From a virus, in IMG/VR virus record IMGVR_UViG_3300009130_000005, positions 32,001 to 96,000 of that record: 64,000 nt of DNA; one strand, given 5' to 3'. Shown piece after piece: positions 1 through 10,347 of the stretch. The notes below the pieces were generated by a model. The model searched no databases. It was not told the DNA's origin and worked only from the letters and a program-made list of their open reading frames with translations. The position numbers and the translations under genes are program-made. The first letter of the stretch is position 1; each line of letters begins with the position of its first letter.

Positions 1-543
1 TTTGGCCTAAGACTAACAGCTTGCGAGGGAACTTCGACTGAAAATAATTGCCATAAAATAATCGTTTTTGCTAAGAATGATTCAGGATGCAAGCTATTAA
101 ACAAGGTATACAGTGAAGCATTCAAAGGGGAGACGCCAGCAATAGACATCAGAAAACTTAAAGAAGTCTGGAACGAAGAAAGCCTAAAGCTTGCGATACC
201 CTTTTATGATTCTTTTATATTTAACAACACAATGTCTTTTGCAAATTGTGTGCCAAGCTTTAATTTTACAAAGCCAACGCTTTTTATAGAGAACAATCAA
301 CTACCATTTGATGGTCTGATCAAGGAAAGGGTAGAGAGGTTTGCGTCTCAAAAAAATCTTGATACAGAAAAAGTAAAGACAATTTATTATAAAAACAGAG
401 AAGACTTTGAGGCATTCCAAACATATAAATGTATTTGCAATAGAACAGGATGGGGAGGAAGGGCCGTATCAATACAAAAGCCAAACTTAGACCATTGCGG
501 TAGTAGAGAATTCTGCCTAGAAAGCTGGAAGGAGCAAGTATGA
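1..543 (+). CDS. PHP domain of DNA polymerase III alpha as a stand-alone ORF (5'-partial)
   Basis: Frame of ORF 232..543 is open back to base 1 (FGLRLTAC...HKIIVFAKNDSGCKLLNKVYSEA, typical DnaE PHP segment). ATGA overlap with the next gene. Confidence 0.7.
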   Translation, partial: FGLRLTACEGTSTENNCHKIIVFAKNDSGCKLLNKVYSEAFKGETPAIDIRKLKEVWNEESLKLAIPFYDSFIFNNTMSFANCVPSFNFTKPTLFIENNQLPFDGLIKERVERFASQKNLDTEKVKTIYYKNREDFEAFQTYKCICNRTGWGGRAVSIQKPNLDHCGSREFCLESWKEQV

Positions 544-1181
544 AAGAAAACCTATTAAGATTTAAGAAGTCACAAAAGTATGTGATATTTGACTATGAAA
601 CTTGTCACTTAAATTTGGCGAGCAGCGACAACAAACCTTGGCAACTTTCATTCATAGTTGCAGACCTTAACAAGGTTTACGAAAAACAAGATTATTATCT
701 TAAATGGGATAATTTAAACATCTCAGACGAAGCAGCGAGAATTACTGGGTTTTCAAAAAAAACCTACGAAAAAAAGGCGGTTTGCCCCAAGAAAGCTTTA
801 GATCATTTTGAAAAGTATCTTTATGATGACGATATTATCCCTCTGGGCCACAACGTTCTAGGCTTTGATGTTTATATTCACAATATCCACAGAAAGCTTT
901 GCGGACAAAAACCAAACTTTTCTTACATTAAAAAAATAATTGATACGAATTGTTTGGCAAAAGCATCTGCAGAAAAAATTAAACTACCAGAACATGAAGA
1001 CAGAATAGCATGGCAGTATAGCTTGAATGGGTATATAAAGAGGGGTCTTAAGACAAGCCTGCAATTTTGTGCAAAAAAATATGGTATAGATTTTGACCCT
1101 AAAAAATTACATAACGCCTTGTATGATATATCAATAAACTACGAGGTATTCAAGAAACAGCTTTGGGATATAGAAATATGA
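540..1181 (+). CDS. DEDDh 3'-5' exonuclease (DnaQ/epsilon-like)
   Basis: ExoI FDYET, ExoII GHNVLGFD, ExoIII HNALYD motifs. Confidence 0.85.
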   Translation: MKENLLRFKKSQKYVIFDYETCHLNLASSDNKPWQLSFIVADLNKVYEKQDYYLKWDNLNISDEAARITGFSKKTYEKKAVCPKKALDHFEKYLYDDDIIPLGHNVLGFDVYIHNIHRKLCGQKPNFSYIKKIIDTNCLAKASAEKIKLPEHEDRIAWQYSLNGYIKRGLKTSLQFCAKKYGIDFDPKKLHNALYDISINYEVFKKQLWDIEI

Positions 1182-3736
1182 GTTTCACAAAAGAATTCGA
1201 ACAATACTCAGACTACGCTCCTCCAGGAGTTAGGCTACCAAAAATTAAGATCGAGAGTAGATACTACAAGCAACTAGGAACTTCTTCAGATATATCTAAC
1301 TACGAATTCCTGAGAGAGCTTTGTCTAAAAGCGGTAAAGGACAAGAAGATTTCCAAGCTTCCCAATAAAAAAGTTTACTACGAAAGAATAAAGGAAGAAC
1401 TCTCTATATTGCAAGAGCTTGGATTTGTTGACTACATATTACTTAACTGGGATATTCTAAACTTTTGCCACGAAAGCAACATACCAACAGGTCCAGGCAG
1501 AGGCTCAGCAGCAGGCTCTTTAATTTTATTTTTAATTGGAGTTACTCAAGTAGACCCTATTAAATACGATTTGTTTTTCGAGAGGTTTGTGTCTAAAAGT
1601 AGAGCAAAGAAGGTTGAGAAAGATGGAGTGACCTACCTTGATGGCAGCTTGCTTGCAGATGTTGATAATGACATAGCTTATGAACATAGGCAAAAAGTAA
1701 TCAAATACATTGAAGACAAGTATCCCAGCAGAACTTGTAAAATTTTAACACTTAATACTCTAACAGCAAAGCTTTGCGCTAAAGAGTGCGGTAAGATTGT
1801 TGGAGGCTTTTCAGAGCAAGAGGTTAACGAGGTGAGCGATTTAATTCCAAAAAAGTTTGGAAAAGTTGCTCCATTAAAAGATGCAGAGAAAGAGAGTGAG
1901 CCATTCGCAAAATGGGCAAAAGAAAACCCTCAAGTATTTAAAATCGCAAAAAAGATAGAGGGCTTAAATAAAAATACTGGCGTACACCCAAGTGGAATAG
2001 CAATCTCTTACCAAAAGCTAGAGGAAATATGCCCACTTCAGACTACATCAGACGGAGACATTGTAAGCGGGTACGATATGAACTGGGTAGCAGAGCTCAT
2101 GGTCAAGTTTGATATTTTAGGGCTCAGGACTCTCAGTGTTATTTATAATACATGCCAAGAAATAGGCATTAACCCCAACGATATTAACCTTGAGAGCAAG
2201 GATATATATTCAAATTTGCAAAACTTAATTACGCCACACGGAATATTTCAAATTGAGGCTGACACAGATTTCAGGGTATGCAGGAAGCTTAAACCCAGAA
2301 ACCTAGATGAATTGAGTGCAGTAATAGCAATTGCTAGGCCAGGAGCATTAGACTTCTTAGATAACTATTCTCGCTATAGAGAGACTTCTGAGTTTCAAAG
2401 CGTACATAGTTTATTTGACGATATATTGAGAAGCACGGCGGGAATACCATTATACCAAGAGCAGCTCATGCAAATGGCTGTAAAGGTAGGCTTTACTCTT
2501 GATGAAGCGGAGCAATTGAGAAGAATTGTAGGAAAGAAAAAGGTTGACAAAATGCCAGCGTGGAAAAAGAAAATTAAAGACAAGATAGAAGAAGGAGGCT
2601 TCGATGAAGAAGCAGGAGAAATACTATGGAGGGTTGCAGAGGATAGCGCAAACTATTCATTTAATAAATCTCACAGCATAAGCTATTCTTTTTTGGCTGC
2701 ATGGACGACTTACCTAAAATTTAAATACCCTCAGGAATTTTTCTTAAGTCTACTTAAAATGACCAAATTTGAACCTTCACCCCAAGAAGAAATCAATAAA
2801 GTTTGTCAGGAGTTGCCAAGATTTAACTTTGAATTATTACCGCCCGATCTAGGGCTGTCTCGAATGGATTTCTCTAGAGAAGGGGACAATATAAGGTTTG
2901 GACTAAATAGCATCAAAGGGGTTAGCGAGAAGTCTCTAGAAGCCTTAAGGAGTTTCAGAGAGACAGAAACTCCCAACAAATACGATGTCTTTATGTCTGC
3001 AAAGCAAGCAGGACTCAACATAGGAATACTCTCAGCACTCATACAAGCGGGAGCACTTTCATCCTACAAGCAAAATAGGTCACTGCTGGTTCTAGAAGCG
3101 CAAGCATTCAACCTATTAACTGAAAGAGAAAAAAGAAACGTCTATATCTTGGGAGAAAAGTACGATTATAAACTTTTAAAATGTATTGCTGATGCAAAAA
3201 ACAATGAACTAATAGGGGATGACGGCAGAAAAATTATGACCCTAAAGCGCTTCGAAACATTCAGAAAAAAGTTTGATCTTTATAAGAAAATATACGAAAA
3301 GAATAAAAAGTATGAGAGTTTTGCCAACTGGTATTTTGAAAATAAGCTATTAGGATATAGCTACACAAGCCGACTTAAAGATATATTCCAAAGCGATATA
3401 GCAAAATTTAAAGACACAATCTGTTTTGAATCCATGGAGAAAGATTCTAGAGATAGGTTCATAGGAACAATAACAGATGTTTTCAAGAAAAAGTCTCAAA
3501 ACGGCAACTCTTATTTAAAACTAACGCTTTCTGATGAAGTGGGAAGCATGCAGGCTATTATAGGAGACTGGGGCAACAGACAAAAACTAACAAACTACCT
3601 TAATAAAGGAAATGCTATGCCCGAAAAAGGTAATATAGTTAGCGTACTGGGAGCAAAAGGAGACGACATTCTTTTTATGGATGACATTAATATATTAGAT
3701 AAGAAAATTTATATGAAGCTCAGCGAGCTAAAGTAA
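1178..3736 (+). CDS. dnaE: DNA polymerase III alpha subunit core (lacks N-terminal PHP)
   Basis: GPGRGSAAGS, DVDND catalytic motif, GVHPSG, KFDILGL, YSFNKSH, C-terminal OB-fold-like region. ATG at 1178 overlaps the exonuclease TGA. Confidence 0.92.
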   Translation: MSFTKEFEQYSDYAPPGVRLPKIKIESRYYKQLGTSSDISNYEFLRELCLKAVKDKKISKLPNKKVYYERIKEELSILQELGFVDYILLNWDILNFCHESNIPTGPGRGSAAGSLILFLIGVTQVDPIKYDLFFERFVSKSRAKKVEKDGVTYLDGSLLADVDNDIAYEHRQKVIKYIEDKYPSRTCKILTLNTLTAKLCAKECGKIVGGFSEQEVNEVSDLIPKKFGKVAPLKDAEKESEPFAKWAKENPQVFKIAKKIEGLNKNTGVHPSGIAISYQKLEEICPLQTTSDGDIVSGYDMNWVAELMVKFDILGLRTLSVIYNTCQEIGINPNDINLESKDIYSNLQNLITPHGIFQIEADTDFRVCRKLKPRNLDELSAVIAIARPGALDFLDNYSRYRETSEFQSVHSLFDDILRSTAGIPLYQEQLMQMAVKVGFTLDEAEQLRRIVGKKKVDKMPAWKKKIKDKIEEGGFDEEAGEILWRVAEDSANYSFNKSHSISYSFLAAWTTYLKFKYPQEFFLSLLKMTKFEPSPQEEINKVCQELPRFNFELLPPDLGLSRMDFSREGDNIRFGLNSIKGVSEKSLEALRSFRETETPNKYDVFMSAKQAGLNIGILSALIQAGALSSYKQNRSLLVLEAQAFNLLTEREKRNVYILGEKYDYKLLKCIADAKNNELIGDDGRKIMTLKRFETFRKKFDLYKKIYEKNKKYESFANWYFENKLLGYSYTSRLKDIFQSDIAKFKDTICFESMEKDSRDRFIGTITDVFKKKSQNGNSYLKLTLSDEVGSMQAIIGDWGNRQKLTNYLNKGNAMPEKGNIVSVLGAKGDDILFMDDINILDKKIYMKLSELK

Positions 3737-3744
3737 GTGTAAAA

Positions 3745-6201
3745 ATGAGTATGGAACTAAAACCTAATTTCACGCCAAGAGCGCAAGAAGCAATTATTGG
3801 ATCAAGAACCATTGCGGAGAAATTCAACAAAAGAATGATTACAGAAAATCATTTATGCTTAAGCGTGGCGAGCACTCAAAGCATCAGCATAGCTGAGTTT
3901 TATGCGGCCTGCGGAATAGATCCTAAAAAAATTATAAAATTTATAAAAAGCAAACTTCAAAAAGGCCCTAAGCCACCAACAAACAAATCTTATTTTTCAA
4001 AGAAGTTTAAAGAAATACTCAACGGAGCAATCAAAGAAGCTCAAAAGTATGAACACGATTATGTTGGGGTAGAACACATCCTCCTATCTATTCTTGACAT
4101 GGAAAGCTCCTTGTTCTGTTTATTTTTAAGGTCAGAGGGTCTCGACTCTGATCAAGCAAAGCTAGCAATCAGGGCAAGATTTCTTGTTAGTGAGATGGAA
4201 AAAGAGCCATCGCGAGCCAGAGCAGAAAACATAATTCAATCTGAAGCTGCAACCATGTCGAACCCAAGCCAAAATGCGAACCTGTTAAAGTATTCCGTTA
4301 ACTTTAATTCCCTCGCGCAAGAGGGTAGATTTGATAATGTAATAGGAAGAGATCAAGAGATTAAAGATATGGCTGAAGTCCTATGCAGGAGATCAAAAAA
4401 CAACCCAATACTGCTAGGAGAACCTGGGGTAGGCAAAACTGCAGTTGTTGAAGGTCTAGCACAGGCAATAGTTGGTGGAAATGCTACAGATTTTCTTTTA
4501 AATAAAACAATATACTCTCTTGACCTTGCAGGAATGATCGCTGGAACAAAGTATAGAGGACAATTCGAGGAAAGATTAAAAAAAGTAATGGAAGAGATTG
4601 CAAATGATTCCACTGCAATTTTATTTATTGACGAAATACACACTTTAGTTGGAGCGGGAAGCGCAGAGGGAACTATGGATGCAGCAAACATACTCAAACC
4701 CTTGCTAGCGAGAGGAGAAATAATGTGTATTGGAGCTACAACAAGGGGTGAGTACAGAAAATCTATATTAAAAGATGGCGCCCTAGACAGAAGATTTCAA
4801 CCAATCTTAGTCGAAGAACCTTCGGAAGAAGAGTGCATTGAAATTCTAGAGGGTATAAAAGATAGGTATGAAAAGTTTCACGGGGTAGCTTATTCGAAAG
4901 AAGCATTAAGTAGAGCGGTTAAATTATCTAGTAGATACATTTTGGACAGACAACTTCCCGACAAAGCAATTGACCTTCTGGATCAAGCAGGATCCAAAGC
5001 GAAAATTAGAGGCTTCAAGAGGCCTCAGGAAGCAATTGCAATTGAACAAGAAATTACAGAGCTATATAAAAGTGAAGAAACTTCTAGTGAACCTCATATT
5101 GTAATCAGAAAAAGGGAAGAGTTACTAGAAAAGTATACCAAACTTATAGAAGACTGGGCAAACGAAGCGGTGAAAAAGAAAATTGACGTAGAAGAAGGTG
5201 ACATATATAAAGTTTTAACCCAAAAAACAGGAATCCCAACCGACGATCTTTCACAAACAGACAAAGATAGGGTATTAAAGTTACAACCAAACCTAAAAAA
5301 ATCAGTAATCGGCCAAGATGAAGCTGTCGAACAAATATGCAAATCAATTTTAAGAAATAAAGCTGGCTTAAACGATTCATCTCGACCCATTGGCTCCTTT
5401 TTATTCCTAGGGTCTAGTGGTGTAGGAAAAACTTATTTAGCAAAAAGGCTTTCAAGCCTTATGTTTGGGGGCGAAGACAACGTCATACAATTAGATATGT
5501 CTGAGTTCGGAGAAAAAGCCTCAACTTCTAAAATTTTAGGGTCTGCACCAGGCTATGTTGGCTACGAAGAAGGGGGTTCAATTATTGAAAAAATCAAAAA
5601 GAAACCTCATAGCGTTGTACTTTTTGATGAAATAGAAAAAGCTCACCCTGAAGTCACCAACTTATTACTTCAAATATTAGAAGAAGGAAAACTGACAGAT
5701 AGCTCAGGAAGACAGGCAAGCTTTCGCAATTGTATAATTATTATTACAGGCAATATCGGCTCTGGATTAACAAAGAAAACGAATCAAGTTGGCTTCGGCG
5801 CAAAAGATATCTCCAGCAAAGAAATCAAACAATCAATTATTGAAGAATCAAAGAAAATTTTAAAACCTGAATTAATAAATAGAATAGAATCGCCAATTAT
5901 ATTTAATAATTTTACAGAAAAAGAGCTTAAATTAATTGCTAACTTAGAACTGCAGTCCCTCGCACGAAGGGCAGAGGATAAAGCTGGCAAACTAAAATTC
6001 AATCCAAGCATAATAAACTATTTGTCAAAAAAAGCTTCAGCCATGAACGATGGAGCACGACCCATAAGGAAAATTATAAAAGACGAAATAGAAAACCCTC
6101 TTGCGGAATTACTAATGAAAGGAGACCTTGTGTCGGCAAATTTAACAACAGTTTCTTATTATAAAACCAAACAAGAGGTAAAATTCTCAATTAAAGAGTA
6201 A
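3745..6201 (+). CDS. clpC: ClpC/ClpA-type Hsp100 AAA+ ATPase
   Basis: Clp N-domain repeats, two Walker A motifs (GEPGVGKT, GSSGVGKT), GYVG pore loop, VGF ClpP-docking loop. Confidence 0.88.
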   Translation: MSMELKPNFTPRAQEAIIGSRTIAEKFNKRMITENHLCLSVASTQSISIAEFYAACGIDPKKIIKFIKSKLQKGPKPPTNKSYFSKKFKEILNGAIKEAQKYEHDYVGVEHILLSILDMESSLFCLFLRSEGLDSDQAKLAIRARFLVSEMEKEPSRARAENIIQSEAATMSNPSQNANLLKYSVNFNSLAQEGRFDNVIGRDQEIKDMAEVLCRRSKNNPILLGEPGVGKTAVVEGLAQAIVGGNATDFLLNKTIYSLDLAGMIAGTKYRGQFEERLKKVMEEIANDSTAILFIDEIHTLVGAGSAEGTMDAANILKPLLARGEIMCIGATTRGEYRKSILKDGALDRRFQPILVEEPSEEECIEILEGIKDRYEKFHGVAYSKEALSRAVKLSSRYILDRQLPDKAIDLLDQAGSKAKIRGFKRPQEAIAIEQEITELYKSEETSSEPHIVIRKREELLEKYTKLIEDWANEAVKKKIDVEEGDIYKVLTQKTGIPTDDLSQTDKDRVLKLQPNLKKSVIGQDEAVEQICKSILRNKAGLNDSSRPIGSFLFLGSSGVGKTYLAKRLSSLMFGGEDNVIQLDMSEFGEKASTSKILGSAPGYVGYEEGGSIIEKIKKKPHSVVLFDEIEKAHPEVTNLLLQILEEGKLTDSSGRQASFRNCIIIITGNIGSGLTKKTNQVGFGAKDISSKEIKQSIIEESKKILKPELINRIESPIIFNNFTEKELKLIANLELQSLARRAEDKAGKLKFNPSIINYLSKKASAMNDGARPIRKIIKDEIENPLAELLMKGDLVSANLTTVSYYKTKQEVKFSIKE

Positions 6202-6259
6202 AAAAACTTGACTTTTGTCTATTTTTCGGGTAATCTATAATAGATCTTTGAAAATTTAT

Positions 6260-6657
6260 GGGGGTGTTCTGGATTCGACTGATGTTGGATTCCTGCACCG
6301 CAAGTCGGAGATGCACTTGGCTTCGATACAAATGTGCAAAGCTTTACATGGCGCTAAAAACCGTGTTAGAGCCCTCGGTCTTAAGAACCGTCTCGCTGCA
6401 AAGCGTTTCGGCTTCAAGAGCCGTAAGCTCGCCTTAGCAGCTTAACCTGCTAACCTCTTACCTTTTGACGCAGATAAGGAGGATAAGGGGTCATCGATCT
6501 GCAAAACAGAAAAGGTTTACCTGTTAATAAACTGTAAATAATTGTAACAGGAAGTTCGATGTTAGTATCAACAACTCAAAAAGAAACTAACTAAACTTGT
6601 AGACGTGCTTGATTGAAGGCACTCAGGACGCGGGTTCAACTCCCGCCACCTCCACCA
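6260..6657 (+). ncRNA. ssrA: tmRNA
   Basis: 5' GGGGGTG...GGATTCGAC; 3' GCGGGTTCAACTCCCGCCACCTCCACCA; G3-U70 alanine identity pair; internal tag ORF 6350-6445 ending LALAA*. Confidence 0.95.
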
Positions 6658-6669
6658 TTTTTATTTTAT

Positions 6670-7473
6670 TTATTTATTTATTGGTAAAACAAAATGAGGC
6701 GAAGATACAATAAAAAATGGGTTCAATAAATTTTCTTTGTTATATTGCATTTTTTTTCCTAAGTTTTCTCCTTCGGCAATGTATACAGCTGCTCCACTTT
6801 CCTCAGCTATTACCTGCGGGGCACCAGTATCCCATTCCATCGTCGGACCAAACCTTGGGTAGACATCAGCAGCTCCTTCAGCAATAATACAAAACTTAAG
6901 AGAGCTTCCAATATTTAAAGTTTCTACTTGGTATTGACGCTCGACTTTTTCTATGAAATTTGCGGTAGCCTCATTCATATGAGACTTGCTGGCGACAATT
7001 TTAATTTTTTTTCCATATGGATTGATAGAATATTTTGAATAGATTCTTTCTTTATTCTTAAAAGCGCCACAACCCTTTATTGCATGGTATTGGTCTTGCT
7101 TTTTTGGGCAAGCGACATAGCCAAAGATTGGCTCGTGACCCTTACATAAAGCTATATTAACGCAGAAGTCATCCCCTCCTTTTATAAATTCCTTCGTGCC
7201 ATCAATTGGATCTATTAGCCAATAATAATCCCATTTAGAACGCTCTTCAAAAGGAACTTGCTTATCTTCTTCGGATATTATATTTTTTATATCGGAATGC
7301 TTCTCCAAAAAATTTCTTATTCTTCCATTAGAATGAATGTCAGCAATAGTTAGAGGGCTTTGATCTTCCTTATATGAAACAGCACCTTTTTGACCTTGAA
7401 TAGCCACAATCTCTTCAGAAAGTTCTTTTCCAAATTCATGAAGAGAGTCAATAAAAGACTCAGTTATATCCAT
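6670..7473 (-). CDS. cysQ: 3'(2'),5'-bisphosphate nucleotidase CysQ (inositol monophosphatase family)
   Basis: SEE, WLIDPIDGTKEF, GSSLKFC, PTMEWDTGA motifs. Confidence 0.9.
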   Translation of the reverse strand: MDITESFIDSLHEFGKELSEEIVAIQGQKGAVSYKEDQSPLTIADIHSNGRIRNFLEKHSDIKNIISEEDKQVPFEERSKWDYYWLIDPIDGTKEFIKGGDDFCVNIALCKGHEPIFGYVACPKKQDQYHAIKGCGAFKNKERIYSKYSINPYGKKIKIVASKSHMNEATANFIEKVERQYQVETLNIGSSLKFCIIAEGAADVYPRFGPTMEWDTGAPQVIAEESGAAVYIAEGENLGKKMQYNKENLLNPFFIVSSPHFVLPINK

Positions 7474-7475
7474 TA

Positions 7476-8303
7476 TTACTCTGGTCGTTTGCCTAAAGGC
7501 TTACCATCTTGCCCAATTTCGCCTGCTCGTATTTTTGTAGCAGATACGGATTGTAATTCCTTACTAAGTTCAAGTTGTTCAATATTATAACCAACTCCTC
7601 TGCCGTAAAAGACATCGGTAATGTTAGGAAGCTCTACGACTTTTATTTTATCACCGAATTCTACGCAAGCCGCATGAATTTCAGCTTTAACTTTTTCAAA
7701 ATCATAAGGGTTTGAATCGTCTATCCCAGCAACATCTCTTAAGGCTATACAGCATTGACCGCTACGTTTAATAGATTCCGCTACCAAAGTTTTATGACCA
7801 ACATGAAATGGCTGATACCTTCCAATTAATAAGGCTGTTGGAGCTTGATTATCCCATTTTTCTGTTTTGTATATATTTTTCAATGCTATTTCGCACCACT
7901 CATCAGGAGTACCTTCCCTTAAAATAAGGTCGTGTTCGTCCCATCTTTTATCTTTGGTTGGGTCTTCGAATAATTTATTCGTATCTTCATATCTTCCTTC
8001 TTTAATTCTGTCTACCCATATAACAAAGTCAGGATTAAAAAGTTTTCGAGCCTCTTCTGTTGGGCAACAAAAGTCAGAGATTACATAACCTCCTCCAAGT
8101 TTTGCCCAATCAGCAAGTTTCCCCATTCTTCTGGCATGCTCATTTCTGTCGTCTTCAGAGAATCCAAGATCTTTATGAATTTCTTGACGAACTGCGTCAG
8201 CATTATACCACACGGCGTTTAATCTAGGAACAAGCTTTTCAGCAAGCGTTGTCTTTCCAGAACCTGGAAGACCCATGATAAGTATTTTTCTTTTAGGTTT
8301 CAT
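7476..8303 (-). CDS. cysC: Adenylylsulfate kinase-like domain fused to a HIGH-family nucleotidyltransferase domain
   Basis: N-terminal GLPGSGKTT...DLGFSEDDRNEHARR (APS kinase-like); C-terminal GRYQPFHVGH and SATKIR. Probable start ATG 8303 (MKPKRK). Confidence 0.75.
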   Translation of the reverse strand: MKPKRKILIMGLPGSGKTTLAEKLVPRLNAVWYNADAVRQEIHKDLGFSEDDRNEHARRMGKLADWAKLGGGYVISDFCCPTEEARKLFNPDFVIWVDRIKEGRYEDTNKLFEDPTKDKRWDEHDLILREGTPDEWCEIALKNIYKTEKWDNQAPTALLIGRYQPFHVGHKTLVAESIKRSGQCCIALRDVAGIDDSNPYDFEKVKAEIHAACVEFGDKIKVVELPNITDVFYGRGVGYNIEQLELSKELQSVSATKIRAGEIGQDGKPLGKRPE

Positions 8304-8471
8304 GCTACTATATACATTAAAATTTTTCAAAAAGGAACTGTAAAAAGTCGCTTGAGCAGAAAAAAAATAAAAACGAAAATCAAACAACAGTGGACGATAT
8401 ACAAAACAACCCTATTTGTTTTTGAAAAATAACTTGACAAATTAATACATATATGGTAAAGTATATACATA

Positions 8472-9008
8472 ATGAATTTACTAGAGAAAACAAAAACTTA
8501 CCTCGTAGGACATATGCAATATGTTAGCGGAAGAAATTGGAGGGAAGAAGTTACTGATCAATTAAAGCCTCTAAGCATTACTTGTTTTGATCCTTACAAA
8601 AAACCATTCATGAAAGATGTCGAAGAAGACGAAGCATCTAGACAAGAAATGGAGACTTGGATGAAGACAAAGCAGTACGACAGAGTGACAGAAAGAATGA
8701 AGACAGTTAGGGCATATGATCTAAACTTGGTAGATAGAAGCGACTTTATTGTTGCGCACCTTGTGCCTGATGTAGCCTCTTGGGGTAGCGCAGAGGAAAT
8801 TGTCACGGCAGTGAGAATGAAGAAGCCTGTGTTTGTCAGTATGGAAGGTGGAAAATCAAAGACTCCACTATGGATGCTAGGAATGTTTCCTCATAAATAT
8901 ATTTATAATAGTCTTGACGAAATCATCGAAATGTTGTATGCTATAGACAGTGGAAATAAACCGATAGACTCCGATAGATGGAGGCTTCTTAGAAAAGAAT
9001 TTAGATAA
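8472..9008 (+). CDS. Nucleoside 2-deoxyribosyltransferase-like protein
   Basis: YLVG, DLNLVDRSDFIVA, GSAEEI pattern of the NDT fold. Confidence 0.6.
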   Translation: MNLLEKTKTYLVGHMQYVSGRNWREEVTDQLKPLSITCFDPYKKPFMKDVEEDEASRQEMETWMKTKQYDRVTERMKTVRAYDLNLVDRSDFIVAHLVPDVASWGSAEEIVTAVRMKKPVFVSMEGGKSKTPLWMLGMFPHKYIYNSLDEIIEMLYAIDSGNKPIDSDRWRLLRKEFR

Positions 9009-9103
9009 ACAATAATATTATAGAATAAAATGCTAATTGAACTAATATCAATTTTAATCTTAAGTTACTTATTATATCAACGATGGGAGTACGGTAGTTA
9101 ATT

Positions 9104-9460
9104 ATGAAAAATCAAGGAATTCCAAAAGGACAAAAAGTTACAATGGGCGAGAGCATTCCCGCCCCTCAGCTAGGGAGCTCTTTCAAGGCTCCATCAATGC
9201 AATATATTCAAGCGATATATAATCAGTTCGCGGGGGCCAGAGAAGAAGCTCTAGCAGACCTAACTGTTTATTTACAAAACCCTGTTGGCGTGGGAGAGCA
9301 TCCACATATCGGTGAAGAAATTAAAAACCTAGTGAAAAGGGTGGATGAATACGATTCTCTTGTAGAATGTATGGAAAAGCATTTTGTACAAGGAAAAGCT
9401 ACAGATGCTAACCAGCAAAATAACACTGAAGACACGAACACTCCAAGCGAAGCGCCTTAA
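9104..9460 (+). CDS. Conserved phage hypothetical protein
   Basis: Intact ORF with NPVGVGEHP motif. Confidence 0.55.
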   Translation: MKNQGIPKGQKVTMGESIPAPQLGSSFKAPSMQYIQAIYNQFAGAREEALADLTVYLQNPVGVGEHPHIGEEIKNLVKRVDEYDSLVECMEKHFVQGKATDANQQNNTEDTNTPSEAP

Positions 9461-9635
9461 TGAACGGAAAAACAGCAAAGGCATTAAGAAATTTATTCAA
9501 TCCCAAAGAGGGAGATGAAGTTAGCAAAAAAGCTTACAGAGTAGCGAAGAGAAATTACCAAAAACTTAATCAGGAACAAAGACGAGAATTTATTAAAAAT
9601 TTAGAAACAGTACAAAATTCAAACAAATAAAAAAT

Positions 9636-9935
9636 ATGAGCGATACAAATACATCGGATAATGAGTGGAAAGAACGTGAGCTTGGCGCCCTTTGGCGCAG
9701 AAGCGGAAAGAACCAGAAGTACCTTTCTGGTTATATTAAGCTTGGAGACGAGCTAGAAGAGAGGGAAGTTAGACTTATTGTCTTTACCAATAAGTACAAG
9801 AGTGAGAATGAAAAGGCTCCAGATTTTGTTATCTACGAGTCAACTCCAATGGAACAGCCTGCGAAGACTACTTCCTCGGCAAAATCGGAGACGACTGAAG
9901 AGGAGGACGAAGAGCTCGCAGAACTCCTCAAGTAG
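9636..9935 (+). CDS. DUF736-like protein with acidic tail (possible ssDNA binding)
   Basis: GALW...KYLSGYI...N..K...PDF pattern; acidic C-terminus. Confidence 0.5.
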   Translation: MSDTNTSDNEWKERELGALWRRSGKNQKYLSGYIKLGDELEEREVRLIVFTNKYKSENEKAPDFVIYESTPMEQPAKTTSSAKSETTEEEDEELAELLK

Positions 9936-9996
9936 GATGTCACAAATTAAATTTTGTTGTGTAACTTAAATCAACAACCTTTAATTTATAAATATT

Positions 9997-10347
9997 ATGG
10001 CAATTGACGTAAATCCAACAGGAGTATTTAACGACTACGAGTACACATTAGACGCAAGCTCTGGGCTTCCAGCATCAGAAGGAATTTTTATTCCTCTGGC
10101 GGATATTCCAGAATTTGAAACGGCTGAAGCTAACGAAGCTCTTGGAACAGCTGATTACAGAAAGCTGCTCTGGGGCATGCTTGATGCAACCTACGATCAT
10201 ATTGATGCGCTGGACGATGATGATCAGCCCACCAAATTGACGATCTCAAGAGGAAGTTTGTCTTTTATTGACGACAATACAGCTCAAAGAAGTTATACTC
10301 TTACTTTTAAGTACGACGTACCTGCGATTGAAGTAGACGACGAGTAA
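9997..10347 (+). CDS. Acidic hypothetical protein, paralog of 24710..25096 (possible virion protein)
   Basis: Shares NPTG.F, IPL.D and ADYR.LL with 24710..25096. Confidence 0.55.
   Translation: MAIDVNPTGVFNDYEYTLDASSGLPASEGIFIPLADIPEFETAEANEALGTADYRKLLWGMLDATYDHIDALDDDDQPTKLTISRGSLSFIDDNTAQRSYTLTFKYDVPAIEVDDE

Noticed and set aside
6215-6445. 76-aa ORF in the track
   Set aside because: It overlaps the tmRNA; only its last ~31 codons are meaningful, as the tag reading frame.
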